64,000 nt of DNA, taken from Octopus vulgaris (Eukaryota). Position numbers and translations under genes: made by a program. The DNA lies in the NCBI GenBank assembly GCA_951406725.2, contig OX597835.1, forward strand, positions 28,396,001-28,460,000. Reading direction: 5' to 3'. Position 1 is the first letter of the stretch, and each line of letters begins with the position of its first letter. The notes below the pieces were generated by a model. It was not told where the DNA came from, ran no database searches, and saw nothing but the letters and a program-made list of their open reading frames with translations. Below are positions 1 through 11,799 of the stretch, piece after piece.

Positions 1-128
1 AATACGCAAGAGAACAACTTCTTGGTAATAGTGAGACGAACTTTTGGAGGCAGCCTCGAAGATTGGCTAGAAATTGCAGTCAAATCTCCCTCAAACCACG
101 TCCTACTCTCTTCAAGAAGAAAGAAAAC

Positions 129-567
129 AGATCTTTTCAGTTTGAACAGCAGTTTTTAACATAATTTCTAGATAACTAAAAAATTTTAAACTTCGTATAC
201 TGGTAGAATGTGTTTATAAAACATCTTTTTCTCTTGGCTTTATTGAGAAAATTCTATAGTTTGTAAGATATTTGTTGTGTTTTTTCTTCAATTTCTGCAA
301 TTTCAACCAATCAATGACGTCCATTGAGGTAAAAAAACATTCTGCGCCGTATGAGTATGTCCCTCATTTAAGAAACAGATTGGGTTTATTTACATTTGTG
401 AAGAAAAAAAGATACCCTTCCCCCACCCCTAACCCTAACACTAACACTAACTAACCCTAACCCTAAAACAGATTGAAATGGAATAGATCGATACTAGGGT
501 CATAATTATGGGTGACAATTTCATATGACACCACTAGAAAAAACTGCCGTTCACACTGAAAAGATCC
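129..567. mobile_element. Merlin-like non-autonomous DNA transposon (MITE family M1), copy 1, with internal telomeric repeats
   Basis: TIRs (a/g)gatcttttcagtttgaacagcagtttt ... aaaactgccgttcacactgaaaagatcc. Perfect 8-bp TSD aagaaaac (121-128 / 568-575). TAACCC-like tract at ~427-465. GG termini with 8-bp TSD are typical of Merlin/IS1016. Confidence 0.85.
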
Positions 568-724
568 AAGAAAACTTGTTAACGCATACGAGGAAATTTC
601 AGGATCTCCTTGCCGTCGTCGTCATCATCATTAGCAGCAATAGCTTAGTTGTAACGTCAACATTTTTGTCCATGATTGCCATGGGTTAGACGGACAGATT
701 TTACTTCGGCCAGATGTCCTTCCT

Positions 725-1615
725 GCCGTGGAGAATGGTCAGCGATACTCGCAGCAGCCAGCCACCCCAACCTTGCGGGGCTTCTTTCTCGGATAGGTCG
801 TAGTTATTCCAGTTTTTCTAAGATAATCAGCAGTGAGGGGTCGGAGGACACTCGAGATCTCGACGGCGGCCCACACAAACTGATAGCGGCCGGTCAGGTT
901 CCCATACTTTTATATCCATTTTCTCTTCTCTGCATTACGAATGGTGATACCCGGCTTTGCGGCCGATGCAGCCGGAGAATGTATCGCTGCTCATCGCGTC
1001 CTAGATTCGGGATCTGCCTCGCTCGCATACGAAGAGGGTTATTTCTATTTCTTTACTACCCACAAGGGGCTAAACACAGAGAGGACAAACAAGGACAGGC
1101 AAACGGATTAAGTCGATTATATCGACCCCAGTGTGTAACTGGTACTTAATTTATCGACCCCGAAAGGACAAAAGGCAAATTCAACCTCGGCGGAATTTGA
1201 ACTCAGAACGTAGCGGCAGACGAAATACGGCTATGCATTTCGCCCGGCGTGCTAATGTTTCTGCCAGCTCACCGCCTTAAGAGGGTTATTTTGTCGAAGC
1301 TCTTACCTTCCTAGCGGTCGAGTCCTACTGGCTCCAGTTGAGACAGGAAACTAGCTGCATTGAGATCCCTTCTACTTATATCATTCAGAGTGACGTGTCG
1401 GGAGATTAAGCTCGCGTTGTGGCCGAACGTTAATGGATGTAGGCCGAATTCACCGACTACTGCTCCGCAATGGTATTTGTGCGACCACTCCGATATGAGT
1501 GCACTCATCAACAAGAAGGATTCCAGTAGATGAGGAGGGCACCGAATTGTGCCATGCACCACTATTTGGTTGCGATGCAGAACAGAGGCAGGCGAGGCGG
1601 TGATAGTCTAAGGAC
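725..1615 (-). pseudogene. CRE-clade non-LTR retrotransposon ORF C-terminus (zinc knuckle plus restriction-like endonuclease), decayed
   Basis: Joining frames across the SINE gives RLACLCSASQPNSGAWHNSVPSSSTGILLVDE...HCGAVVGEFGLHPLTFGHNASLISRHVTLNDISRRDLNAASFLSQLEPVGLDR*EGKSFDKITLF...I*DAMSSDTFS...AEKRK..KYGNLTGRYQFVWAAVEISSVL...RVSLTILHG. This matches the CRE consensus SGAWL.ALP / C.CG...G.H...C...RH..LND / LEP.GL.R.DGKRPDG.T / WD.T..DT / F.P.AVET.G / QRISIAIQRGN. Confidence 0.8.
1045..1278 (-). mobile_element. tRNA-derived SINE family A inserted in the CRE relic
   Basis: Head aaggcggtgagctggcagaaac, B-box-like gagttcaaattcc, body tgcctttt/tcatcctttcggggtcgataaattaagtacc. 13-bp TSD aagagggttattt (1032-1044 / 1279-1291). 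Confidence 0.9.
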
Positions 1616-1679
1616 TAGCCGGCAGTCCAAATTTTGCGTAACCCAGAATAATTATAAAATAGGAAGCAATGTAAAATAT

Positions 1680-1830
1680 GAGTTGCTCTGTGGTAAGTAG
1701 CATACTAACCACATGGTTCCGGGTTCAGTCCCACTGTGTGGCACCTTGCTCAAGTGTCTTCTATAGCCTCGTGCTGACCAAAGCCTTCTAAGTGGATTTG
1801 GTAGACGGAAACTAAAAGAAGTCCGCCGTA
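1680..1830 (+). mobile_element. SINE family B, 5' part
   Basis: tgtggtaagtag...ggttccgggttcagtcccactgtgtggcaccttg...tggatttggtagacggaaac matches the many other family B copies in the window. Confidence 0.8.
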
Positions 1831-1879
1831 TATATATATATATAGGTGAGAAAGTTGGTGTGTGAAAGCACGTGGTTGA

Positions 1880-2135
1880 ATATATAGAAAATAGTAAAAA
1901 GTGAAAAAACTACAGAAGGTTTGTTTTAGAAGGTTAAAAAATATATATTTGAGTCAATATGTCTGAAGAATGTTATAAATTTTTTTCATACAATGACATA
2001 GTTTTTGAAGAAACTATGTCATTGTATGAAAAAAATTTATAACATTCTTCAGACATATTGACTCAAATATATATTTTTTAACCTTCTAAAACAAACCTTA
2101 TGCAGTTTTTTCACTTTTTACTATTTTCTATATAT
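1880..2135. repeat. Near-perfect palindrome (~125-bp arms, 6-nt loop), Penelope-like inverted remnant
   Basis: 1880-2004 is the reverse complement of 2011-2135 with ~2 mismatches. Centre reads catagttt-ttgaag-aaactatg. Confidence 0.9.
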
Positions 2136-2146
2136 ATATATATATA

Positions 2147-3268
2147 CTAGCAGCATAGCCCGGGTATGTAAGAGCCCCTAGTAGGCAACGACTAATCCCA
2201 ATCTAGTCCTTTCCCTCTAGGGAACGAAGGCGCATGTGTAGGTTGCAATGTCTTCTCTTCATTCCCAAATAACTATCAAACAGCTAACGATAATTCAACC
2301 CAACCAATTCCTACCAGGAAGAAATTACATTCGAGACTTTACCACCCCACTTCTGCTAATAGCTGCTGCAGCCACAAGTTATTCGAATCCTTTTTTTTGT
2401 TTAAACTTTCTTTATAACTACCACCCCAAACATTTTACCTTAAATTTTTGATGTACCCTAAGGGTCCTCGGACGCTACTTGCAAACTCTTGGTTTATTAT
2501 AAACCGCTTTTGTCATGTGCACCAAAAAACCTTTTCCATTCGTTTGTTCAGTTTGGTCACTTTTGACTTTTTCGTTGTTGTCACTCACATTGCTGCCCGC
2601 TTTTTTGCCGTTTTTGTACATTTTTATACATTTTGGGATACTTACCCCACGTGTTCCGAGAGTTAAAAAGGTCAGTCTGTGGTTTGTGTTTAATACACAA
2701 ATCGGTTTGCTATGTGTGCCACATATGCTTTAATTAACCAATTTTTTCCAGTAATAAACTATCCTATTGGAATAAAAAGGGCCATATAGCTCCTTGGAGC
2801 AGAAAAGATGCTCGCTGTGAATTTAAAAAAAAATTCCTGCCAATTTGTGAAAGATATTGTCGAAAATATGTCATCTTGAATTTGAATGCGATTTCCCAAA
2901 ATGGCATGATTTTATCGATTTTTTCTGATGGTAAGGTATTGCATGGAAAACTAACGTCAGAATTAAGTTTCTTAGGGTAACATTAAGCTTCACCATGAGT
3001 TTGGTGAAAATCGATTGCAAGTTGCGAAAACTACAATAGAAAAGGTGTTGCATATAAAAAGGTTAGATTCTCGACCCCATGTCGAATTTATCGATTTTTT
3101 TCAGAACTGGGGGAACTTTTCAAAATTTTTGCTGCATTAGTTTTGAATTATGACATTGGGCTATGTGTGTGTCAAGTTTTATCAGAATCGGTTGAAAGCC
3201 GTGGTCAGGGTGAGGGTACAACCTGACAGACACACAGACAGACAAACTGCCGTTTATATATAGAGAGA
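2147..3268 (-). mobile_element. Non-autonomous Helitron
   Basis: On the minus strand: 5' TCtctctatatataaacggcag..., (CTGT)n near the 5' end, 3' ...cccgggctatgctgCTAG. Inserted between A and T with no TSD. Confidence 0.75.
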
Positions 3269-3273
3269 TATAT

Positions 3274-3607
3274 ACTCTTTACTCCCTGTTACTTGTTGCG
3301 GTCATTTGACTGTGGCTATGCTGGAGCATCGCCTTTAGTCGAGCAAATTGACCCCAGGACTTATTCTTTGTAGGCCTACAACTTATTCTATCGGTCTCTT
3401 TTGCAGAACTGCCAAGTTACAGGGACGTAAATACACCAGCATCAGCTGTCAGGCGATGTTGGGGGGACAAACACAGAAACACAAACATATATACATATAT
3501 ACGATGGGCTTTTTTCAGTTTCCGTCTACCAAATCCACTCACAAAGCTTTGGTCGGCCCGGGGCTATAGTAGAAGACACTTTCCGAAGTTATCATGCAGT
3601 GGGACTG
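3274..3607 (-). mobile_element. SINE family B (5'-truncated)
   Basis: Family B body and tail (gctccagcatagccacagtcaaatgac...gtaaaga). Confidence 0.85.
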
Positions 3608-3686
3608 TATATATATATATATACTTACATATAAGAAACCAAAGTGTATGTACGCTGCTATATTTTTATATATATAAAAAAATACA

Positions 3687-4099
3687 GAATCTTTTCGGTT
3701 TGAACGGCAGTTTTTAAAAATAATTTCCACGTAACTAAACACTTTTTAAAACTTCGTATACTGGTAGAATGTGTTTATAAAACATCTTTTTCTCTTGGCT
3801 TTATTGAGAAGATTCTATAGTTTGTAAGATATTTGTTGTTTTTTTTCTTCAAACTCTTCAATTTCAACCAATCAATGACATCTATTGAGTTGAAAATATT
3901 CTGTGCTGTATGAAAATGTCAACTCGTTTAAGAAACAGATTGGGTTTATTTACATTTCTGAAGAAAAAAAGATACCCTTTCCCCACCCCTAACGCTAAAA
4001 TAGATTGAAATGCAATAGATCGATACTAGGGTCATAATTATGGGTGACAATTTCATATGACACCGCTAGAAAAAACTGCAGTTCAAATCAAAAAGATCC
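3687..4099. mobile_element. Merlin-like MITE M1, copy 2
   Basis: Same TIRs and internal sequence as 129-567. 8-bp TSD aaaataca (3679-3686 / 4100-4107). Confidence 0.85.
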
Positions 4100-4764
4100 A
4101 AAATACAAAAATGGGACAAGAACGCAAAACATCCAGACAGTTAGGTGATACAAAAAAGGGACAACAAAACATCCAAACAAATGATACAAAGAAAACAAGG
4201 ATGGATCATTCGGAGTTTACTATCTTTGGTCGAATTCCAGACGACAGGCTTCTTTCAGTTTCCATCTACCAAATTTACTCACAAGGATTTGGTAGGCCCA
4301 AGGTTATAGTAGAAGACACTTATTCAAGGTGTCATGCAGTGGGACTGAACCCGGAACCATGTTGTTGTGAAACAAACTGCTTACACTCGTCAGATCAAGG
4401 TATTTTTTTTTACTCTCTCTAGTTTCAGCTCAGTGCTGTGGCCATGCTGATGCACCACCGGTATATGGAAATTAAGATTCGGGATTGAGCGGTGGACAAA
4501 TACCTTTGCAATTTTCTTTCTAGCTCTGTATCTTGTGCATTTAAATTGCGTCAAGATCAAAGTTGGTTCTCTTCCTTTTGGGTTTGATAAAATGAAGTAC
4601 TGATCAAGAAATAATTTCAATTTAACCTACTTAACTGCTCCTCAAAAATTTATAGCTGTGTGCTTTTGTTAAAAATTATTATTAAAGGAGAAATAGAAAA
4701 GATAGCAACATGAGTATGGTAGATAGGTAGAGAGCTAGATGGGGAAGAAAGAAAGTAAAAAGAA

Positions 4765-5007
4765 AGGATAGATAGATAGACAGACAGACAGATATATATA
4801 TATATATATATATATAGATAGATAGATAGATAGATAGACAGAAAGACAGATAGATAGATAGATAGATAGATAGACAGACAGATAGATAGATGGATAGATA
4901 GATAGATAGATAGATAGACAGACAGATAGATAGACAGACAGACAGACAGATAGATAGATAGATAGATAGATAGAAAGATAGATAGACAGACAGACAGATA
5001 GATAGAC

Positions 5008-5054
<47 letters not shown>

Positions 5055-5065
5055 CAGATAGATAG
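4765..5065. repeat. (GATA)n/(GACA)n microsatellite
   Basis: Directly visible tetranucleotide array. Confidence 0.95.
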
Positions 5066-5435
5066 AACGGGAGGAGTAGGGGAGGACGTATGAACTATGA
5101 GGACGAAGAAAACTAGAAGAATGAATACAGACAAGAAACGAAGCGATGCAAATTAATAAGAGAGAGAAAGAGAGAAGCATCGTTTTCTTTGTATCGTCTG
5201 TCTGGATGTTTTTTGTGAGTGAAAAGTAAAGCATAAAAATTTAAGAGAAGGGTGGGGAATGCCAAATAGAGTGTAAAGTTTATATAAAATGATACAGAGT
5301 AACCAGACCGGAACAAGCGGGAAAAAAAAAGTACTACTGCATGTGTGTGTGAGAGACAGAGAGAGAGAAGGAGGAGGAAGAGAGAAAGAATATGAACGTG
5401 ATAGAAAGAGACCATGATTGTCAGAAGCAGAGAGG

Positions 5436-5900
5436 AAAGTTAAGTTGAGTTAATTTTTTGGCTCAAAAAGCATAAAGCAAGGCCATGTAGGGGGACATGG
5501 AGTTATGTACAGGGAGGGTGTTCATGCAAAGAGTTCAGGCCATTTCTGGTCAAGAGAGACTTTGAACCGAGCGGTCATCGGCATCTTCACTACCTCGTCT
5601 GGCAGCTTATTCCACGGATCCGTAACCCGGACGGAGAAAGCCCCTCTCCTTCGATTGAGATGAAATCGTCGCAGATAGAGCTTTTCAGAGTGACCCCGCA
5701 GCCTACGCTCTGGAGCAGGAGTGAAGAACAGCTCTTTCGAGAGGTTACACTTTCCGCTTATGATGTTGTGAGCAAGAATGAGATCACCACGGCATTGTCG
5801 TTTTTCTAGAGAATAAAGGTCGAGCGTCTTCAGCCGTTCTTCATAAGACAAATGCTTGAGACCAAGAACCATGCGGGTAGCCAGCTTCTGGACTCTTTCA
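5436..5900 (-). mobile_element. CR1-clade LINE 3' end (ORF2 C-terminus plus 3' UTR)
   Basis: ERVQKLATRMVLGLKHLSYEERLKTLDLYSLEKRQCRGDLI...RGHSEKL...FSVRVTDPWNKLPDEVV...FKVSLD is the canonical CR1 ORF2 end, followed by a short UTR and an aactt-type tail. Confidence 0.9.
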
Positions 5901-6499
5901 TATATATTGCAACAATTAGACGAGAACAAAGTGACATCGGAAATTATAAAATTGTCAAGAAAGGAAGCCAAATAAATGAATGAATCTTATCTTGCATTTA
6001 CCTGTTTCGGTTATTGGACTGTGGCCATGCTGGGGCACCACCTTCAAGGATAAAGAAGGCTGTGAAACAGCTGTAAGACTATGAAAGTCACGTGCTTAAA
6101 TAAACATATTAAACCATCTGATTTCATGCTTTGGATATGTCGTACATACATACATATACACACATGCATATATGTATATAACATACTTTTTATACCTACG
6201 TCACATCAAGAATCCCGCCCCTGAGTCCGACCTCTGGTTATAAACTGGATTTGGTTTATACAACTCTATTGTATAATGTTGAGCATACATCATCATCATC
6301 ATCATTATCAGCCAGTGTTTTAAATCCAGGTTTTGTCCCCTTTAAGCGGGGTAGCTGGATCTACCTCAATTTTCTACTGTATCAATCAACTTTTAATGTC
6401 TTCAATGTGGCTTTTTTCTTTCACTGTTATTTCTGTTATCATATCTAGCCACTTCTGGTATCATATAAGTTGACGTGCCCTGATTCTTAGGAATATTCA

Positions 6500-6663
6500 C
6501 AGGGGTGGACCCAAGGGAAGGGGGGGTGGCCTGGGCACGTGTCCTCCCCCTCCTCTCCTTCAAAAAATAGGTGCACCCTTCTAAATAATGTTATTTTATC
6601 CCGAAATTGTATTCCCTTCTGATCTTGTGCCCTCCCTTTGAAAAATTTCTGGGATCACACCTG
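6500..6663. mobile_element. Possible old hAT-like MITE
   Basis: Imperfect TIRs caggggtggaccca ... tgggatcacacctg and GC-rich subtermini. No convincing TSD. Confidence 0.35.
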
Positions 6664-6744
6664 ACCTATAACAAAATCATATAATGCATCTATATATACA
6701 TATATACAAGCACACACATACACATGTCGATATATCATCATAAT

Positions 6745-7020
6745 CATCATCATCATCATCATTTAATGTCTGTTTTCCATGCTGGCATGGGTTGGATGGT
6801 TTGACAGGAGTTAACCAGACAGAAAACTGCACCAGGTTTCACTGTCTGTTTTGGCATCGTCTTAACAGCTGGGTGCCCTTCCTAACATTAACCACCTTAC
6901 AGAGCAGATTGAGTGCTCTTTTTTGTGGCACCAGCACCAGCAAGGCCTGTTTAGACATGGTTTTTACAGCTGGATGCCCTTCCAGACATGACCCACTTTA
7001 CAGCATGGACTGGATGCACC
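6745..7020 (-). mobile_element. RTE LINE 3' UTR fragment (family D), diverged
   Basis: (CAT)n tail plus ttccatgctggcatgggttggatgg...gcccttcctaac motif shared with the other family D copies. Confidence 0.75.
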
Positions 7021-7071
7021 ATCATTGGTGGGGGTCACCTAGCAACTTACAAGACATATGTGTGTGCGTGT

Positions 7072-7107
<36 letters not shown>

Positions 7108-7200
7108 TTCAAATGTACAAAAAACAAAAGACAGAGATAGGTGAGGGAACAACCAATAAGCAGGTGTATTAGTTTGATACTTGGGGAAGAAAGGAAAAAT

Positions 7201-7236
7201 CTTTGATATTTTGAGCCTATGCTCTTTGTTAGAAAG
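7201..7236 (-). ncRNA. Decayed minimal hammerhead ribozyme motif in a Penelope-like remnant
   Basis: Minus strand: cttt-ctaacaa-a-gagc atag gctc-aaa-atat-c-aaag. Reverting G>A/C>T transitions restores cttt-CUGACGA-a-stem II-GAA-ACGU-C-aaag. Confidence 0.5.
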
Positions 7237-7313
7237 GAATGATGAAAAAATGGCAAAAGAGAAAAAAAAACACAGAGAATAAAACGTGTTGGGATTAATG
7301 CTTCCACATGTTG

Positions 7314-7367
<54 letters not shown>

Positions 7368-8310
7368 CACTGTGATGGTTTTGTTAAGCAGCGCTGATTT
7401 TTACAATTCTGTAAATAAAAATAATAGTATTTTATAAGCTTATAAGTGATCACTGTGCAATGACTAAAGAAAATAGTCTAATAATGGAGCATATAAGGTC
7501 TCGACAGAAAAAAGTAGGTTTTCCTATACATGCACTTCATCCACTCTATATTAGTAGAAAACACTGATTCATTCAAGGTCACTGTAAAAGTGACATGTAT
7601 TTTAAGATACTGTATTTTATTGCTTGTTAATCAATGATTGTTAAAATAAGCAATCACACGATGTTTATATACAATGTGTTTACAAGTTCAATAAAGTCCT
7701 GCAGGCGAAATAAAATGGAGATTGGATTTAGCGGCAGACCAGATTTGTGCAGCGGCCAGTAAGTTTGCCGACCAGTAGATTAAGCATAGCAAGCGTAAGT
7801 ATCATAAGTCAACCTAAGCTACTGTGAATAGATGCAGACATGGCTGTATGGTTAAGAAGATCGCTTTGCAACCACATGGTTCTGAGTTCAATCTCACTGA
7901 ACAGCACCTTGAGCAAGTATCTTTTACTATAGCCCCATGTTGATTAATACCTTGCGAGTGGATTTTGTGAGCAGAAGCTCAGCATGTGTGTGTGTGTGTG
8001 TGTGTGTAGACTCGGCTTTGTGGCTAAGGAGTTCACTTTGCAACCATGTGGATTCAGGTTCAGATCCACTGTACAGTACCTTGAGCAAGTATCTTCTACT
8101 ATATAGCCCGAGGTCAATTAATGCCTTGCAAGTGGATTTTGTAATCGGAAACTCTGACAGAGTCCATCATGTGTGTGTGTGTGTGTGTGAGTGTGTGTGT
8201 GTGTGTGTGTGTGGTGGCTAGGTGTGTTTGTGTATGTGGTAGGCAGGTGTGTTGGTGTGTGTGTGAGTGGTGGGTAAGTGTGTTTGTGTGTGTTTATGTG
8301 TGTATTTGCA

Positions 8311-8341
<31 letters not shown>

Positions 8342-8904
8342 TCCCTCCTGACTCATGACAACTGGTGTTAGTTTGTTTATGTCCCTGTAATCTAGCAGGT
8401 CAGCAATATAGACTGATAGAATAAGCACCAGATATTAAACGAAAAAGTATTGGGGAAGATCACTGGGGTTGGTCTGTTTAACAAAAGTCCTTCAAGGTAG
8501 TGCCCCAGCATCGCCGCAGTCCAATGACCTGGGGCTGATCTGTTTGATTAAAATCCTTCAAAGCAGTGCTCCAGCATGACCACAATTCCGTGACTAAAAC
8601 AGATATAAATTGTCACAATTAACATTTAAAATCCAGAAACTGAGCTAAATTAATGCATTTTGCTGATTTGAAAAGCAACAAGCAAGAAGACCACAAATTT
8701 CTCTTGGTTCGGAAGGAAACTGAATATTTAATCTCTTATTTCCCATTTGATAGAGATTATTTGTAATTATTTTGTCGACAATGAGGGACCAAGGAGTCAG
8801 AAGTTTATCATGACTAGGCTGAGATTAAAGGTTATTAGTTTTAATCCAATCCTACACACATACATACACACATGCATGCAAATATATATAAATGCATACA
8901 TTTC

Positions 8905-9135
8905 AAGGCGGCGAGCTGGCAGAAACATTAGCGTGCCGGGCGAAATGCATAGCGGTATTTCGTCTGTTGTTACGTTCTGAGTTCATATTTCGCCGAGGTC
9001 GACTTTGCCTTTCATCCTTTCAGGGTCAATAAATTAAGTACCAGTTACGCACTGGGGTCGATGTAATCAACTTAATCCCTTTGTCTGTCCTTGTTTGTCC
9101 CCTCTCTGTTTAGCCTCTTGTGGGTAGTAAAGAAA
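8905..9135 (+). mobile_element. SINE family A, full length
   Basis: Head aaggcggcgagctggcagaaac through tail gtgggtagtaaagaaa. Confidence 0.9.
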
Positions 9136-9253
9136 CATGTATAAATGCATACATGTGCACAAGAATAAACATATACTTATATACATATGTCAATGCATGC
9201 ATATATATATATACATATATATATATATACATACATATATATATATATATATA

Positions 9254-10392
9254 CAGGATGCGATGGGTATATTGTTGCCATTTTATATTTTTAATTCTGT
9301 GCATGTGTATGGTTTGTTTCTGATTTTGTCGACTACACAGTATAGTAGGGTCAGTAGGGTATCATCTGTGAGAACAACAGCACCATGGTGCAGTTCACCC
9401 TGCCAGAAATGTGGAAATGACAGGCTGTACTGCTTGGCATTTGCGCTGGAAGTTTCAATATGAATATTTCAGAGTACTTGGGTGTCAATCTGAGGATATT
9501 CCAAGTACCGAGAGAGATAAAAATCAGACATCCAGTCAACATCATGGTGTTTGGAGTGAGCACTAGTGATGGTGACATTATGCCTCCATTCATCTTCCCA
9601 CATATCCTCAGACTCAACAAGGAAGCCTACATCAAGTACCTGGAGGAGGTAGTGCTCCTCTGGGAGAGGAGAGTGGCTGCTGGAAGACTTTGTGTCTGGC
9701 AACAGGACTCTGCACCATGTCACACAAGCAGGAGAACCCAGTCATGGCTGTCAGACAATATCTGCAATCACATCACCCATAACATCTGGCCACCTAATTC
9801 CCCAGACATATTATGTGTGGGGCGCAGTTGAGCAAGAGAGCAACAAAACTCCTTGTATCATCAAAGATGAACTGAAGCCAAAGATTATGACAGCATTCAT
9901 CAACTTAAACAAGGAGACCATCCAGAAGAGTTGCAGGAGGTTACAAAGTAATCTGAAGACCATGGTTGAAGCCAATGAAAATTTCATTGAATAAATTTAC
10001 TGTTCAGGATTTCAAAATATTTTAATGTAATTTTGGTAAATATATCTGTTAAAGTGTGGAGGCGCACAGGCCCAGTGGTTAGGGCAGCGGACTCGCAGTT
10101 GTAGGATCACGGTTTCAATTCCCAGACCGGGCGTTGTGAGTGTTTATTGAGTGAAAACACCTAAAGCTCCATGAGGCTCCTGTAGGAGCTGGTGGCGATC
10201 CCTGCTATACTCTTTTGCTGCAACTTTCTCTCACTCTTTCTTCTGTTGGCCTGCTCACTTATCCAGTGGGGTGGCGTCATTTGAAGGCTAAAACAATGCA
10301 AAGCGCATTGTGACCAGCGATGTGTAGCATGTGATGTCAGTGTTATTTTCATTTTTGAGTAATTTAGATGACAATATATTCACCGCACCCTG
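9254..10392 (+). mobile_element. Tc1/mariner element, DD37D (maT)-type, internally deleted
   Basis: TA-flanked imperfect TIRs caggatgcgatgggtatattg / caatatattcaccgcaccctg. Transposase pieces IMVFGV..DGDIMPPFIF...WQQDSAPCHTS...WPPNSPD / YYVWGAVE. Restoring the deleted four-residue (NPL-type) segment gives 37 aa between D2 and D3. Confidence 0.85.
10056..10330 (+). mobile_element. tRNA-derived SINE family C nested in the DD37D element
   Basis: gtggaggcgc...ggcccagtggttagggcagcggactcgc...ggtttcaattccc (A and B boxes). Same family at 35363, 42425 and 54340. Confidence 0.85.
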
Positions 10393-10477
10393 TACATATA
10401 TATAAAATGCATTGATTCATGCTTGTATGCATACATATGTGCATGGATGCAAGGATGCATAATGCACAGGCACATAC

Positions 10478-10511
<34 letters not shown>

Positions 10512-10545
10512 GGCGGCGCCTGAACCCTTTTGTCTTATATATATA

Positions 10546-10760
10546 CAAGAAGCACTGAAAAATTCCTGGCTTTAAGGGTAAAGTGAAAGGCCTGACTGAA
10601 GGCCCAGCCTTCCAACTTTTTTACAGGGCTTAGAAAAACTGAAGGACCACGGCAATAAGTGTGTGAATCTGAGAAGAGAATATTTTGAATAAAATCATAA
10701 TTAACTGATCCTCTTGTATTTTCTTTTATCCAAAGCCATAAACTTTTCATCACTCCTTGG
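10546..10760. mobile_element. Mariner-type MITE
   Basis: TA-flanked imperfect TIRs caagaagcactgaaaaattcctggcttt / aaagccataaacttttcatcactccttgg. Confidence 0.6.
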
Positions 10761-11271
10761 TATATGCACAAATCCATACATATACATACATAGTGATTGC
10801 TCCATATTCACAGATAATTGCCATCTCTTTTTGCTTCCTTGTTGTCAATGGCATTACTGACTTTCCATCCATGACCTCTCAGATGACTATGCAGTACCAC
10901 TGCAGATCTCCATAACTGTGCATTTCCAACTGGTTAAATCTACACATGTTGCCACTCTCTCCATGGTCATAGGAGTTTCTGCAGATGGAATGACAAATGC
11001 AGTCACCTTGAACAAACACCTGCATGTCATACGATTATGATAAAAGCATGCACAGCACATGCATCACACTCTGAGTCATTGTGATCAGTACCTGGTGACA
11101 GGCCAAAGTGAAATGACAGGTAATAACATGAAAATGTTGGTTTTACATCAGAGGGTCCTTCTCCCAGAAGACTGCTGTGACAACAGCTAGGAGTACCTCA
11201 CTCCCTGTGGTTTTAATAGGATGGATGTTGACTCCCTTGATTTCATCTGCCCTTTGATGGGATTTCTTTTT

Positions 11272-11450
11272 CAATAGCCTGGGCTTCAGATGTCCACAGC
11301 TCTTCAATATCCTCCGGAAGGAACTGAGAGACCTGCATGAGGTGGATGTAGATGTCTTCAAAAAATAGCTGGACCTCTTCCTGTCAGGTGTCCCAGATGA
11401 ACCAACTTCACGGCAGGAGGTGCAGATGAGGGCAGCTGCATCAAACTCTG
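11272..11450 (+). pseudogene. CR1-like LINE ORF2 C-terminal fragment (second family)
   Basis: NSLGFRCPQLFNILRKELRDLHEVDVDVFKK*LDLFLSGVPDEPTSRQEVQMRAAASNS matches the LFN.LP..LR...FK..LD.FL..VPDEP...RAA.SNS end of CR1-like ORF2. Confidence 0.7.
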
Positions 11451-11799
11451 GTGCTTTTTATGTGCCACCTATACAGGAGCCAGTCCAGTGGCACTGGCGA
11501 TGACCTCGCTCGAATATTTCACATGCCACCAGCACAAGTGTAAGGCGATGCGGTAACGATCACGCTCGAATGGTGTGTTTAATGTGCCATCGGCACGAAG
11601 GCCAGCTTGTTGCTCTGGCAACCACCTCACTCGTATGATACTCTTAGCGCTCCACTAGCAACGGATGCCAGTCACCGACTTTGATTTCGACTTCGATCTC
11701 ATATATTTTTTTAAATAATTAAATTCTAATTAATGCATTTTCAATTTCATTACTTCTGTTTCTCCACTTGTTTGGATTATTGACAATTTATATATATTT

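Noticed and set aside
676-1149. 157-aa + strand ORF
   Set aside because: It is antisense to the CRE relic and runs into a SINE.
4650-5234. ORFs with LSIY repeats and a hydrophobic start
   Set aside because: Translation of the (GATA)n microsatellite.
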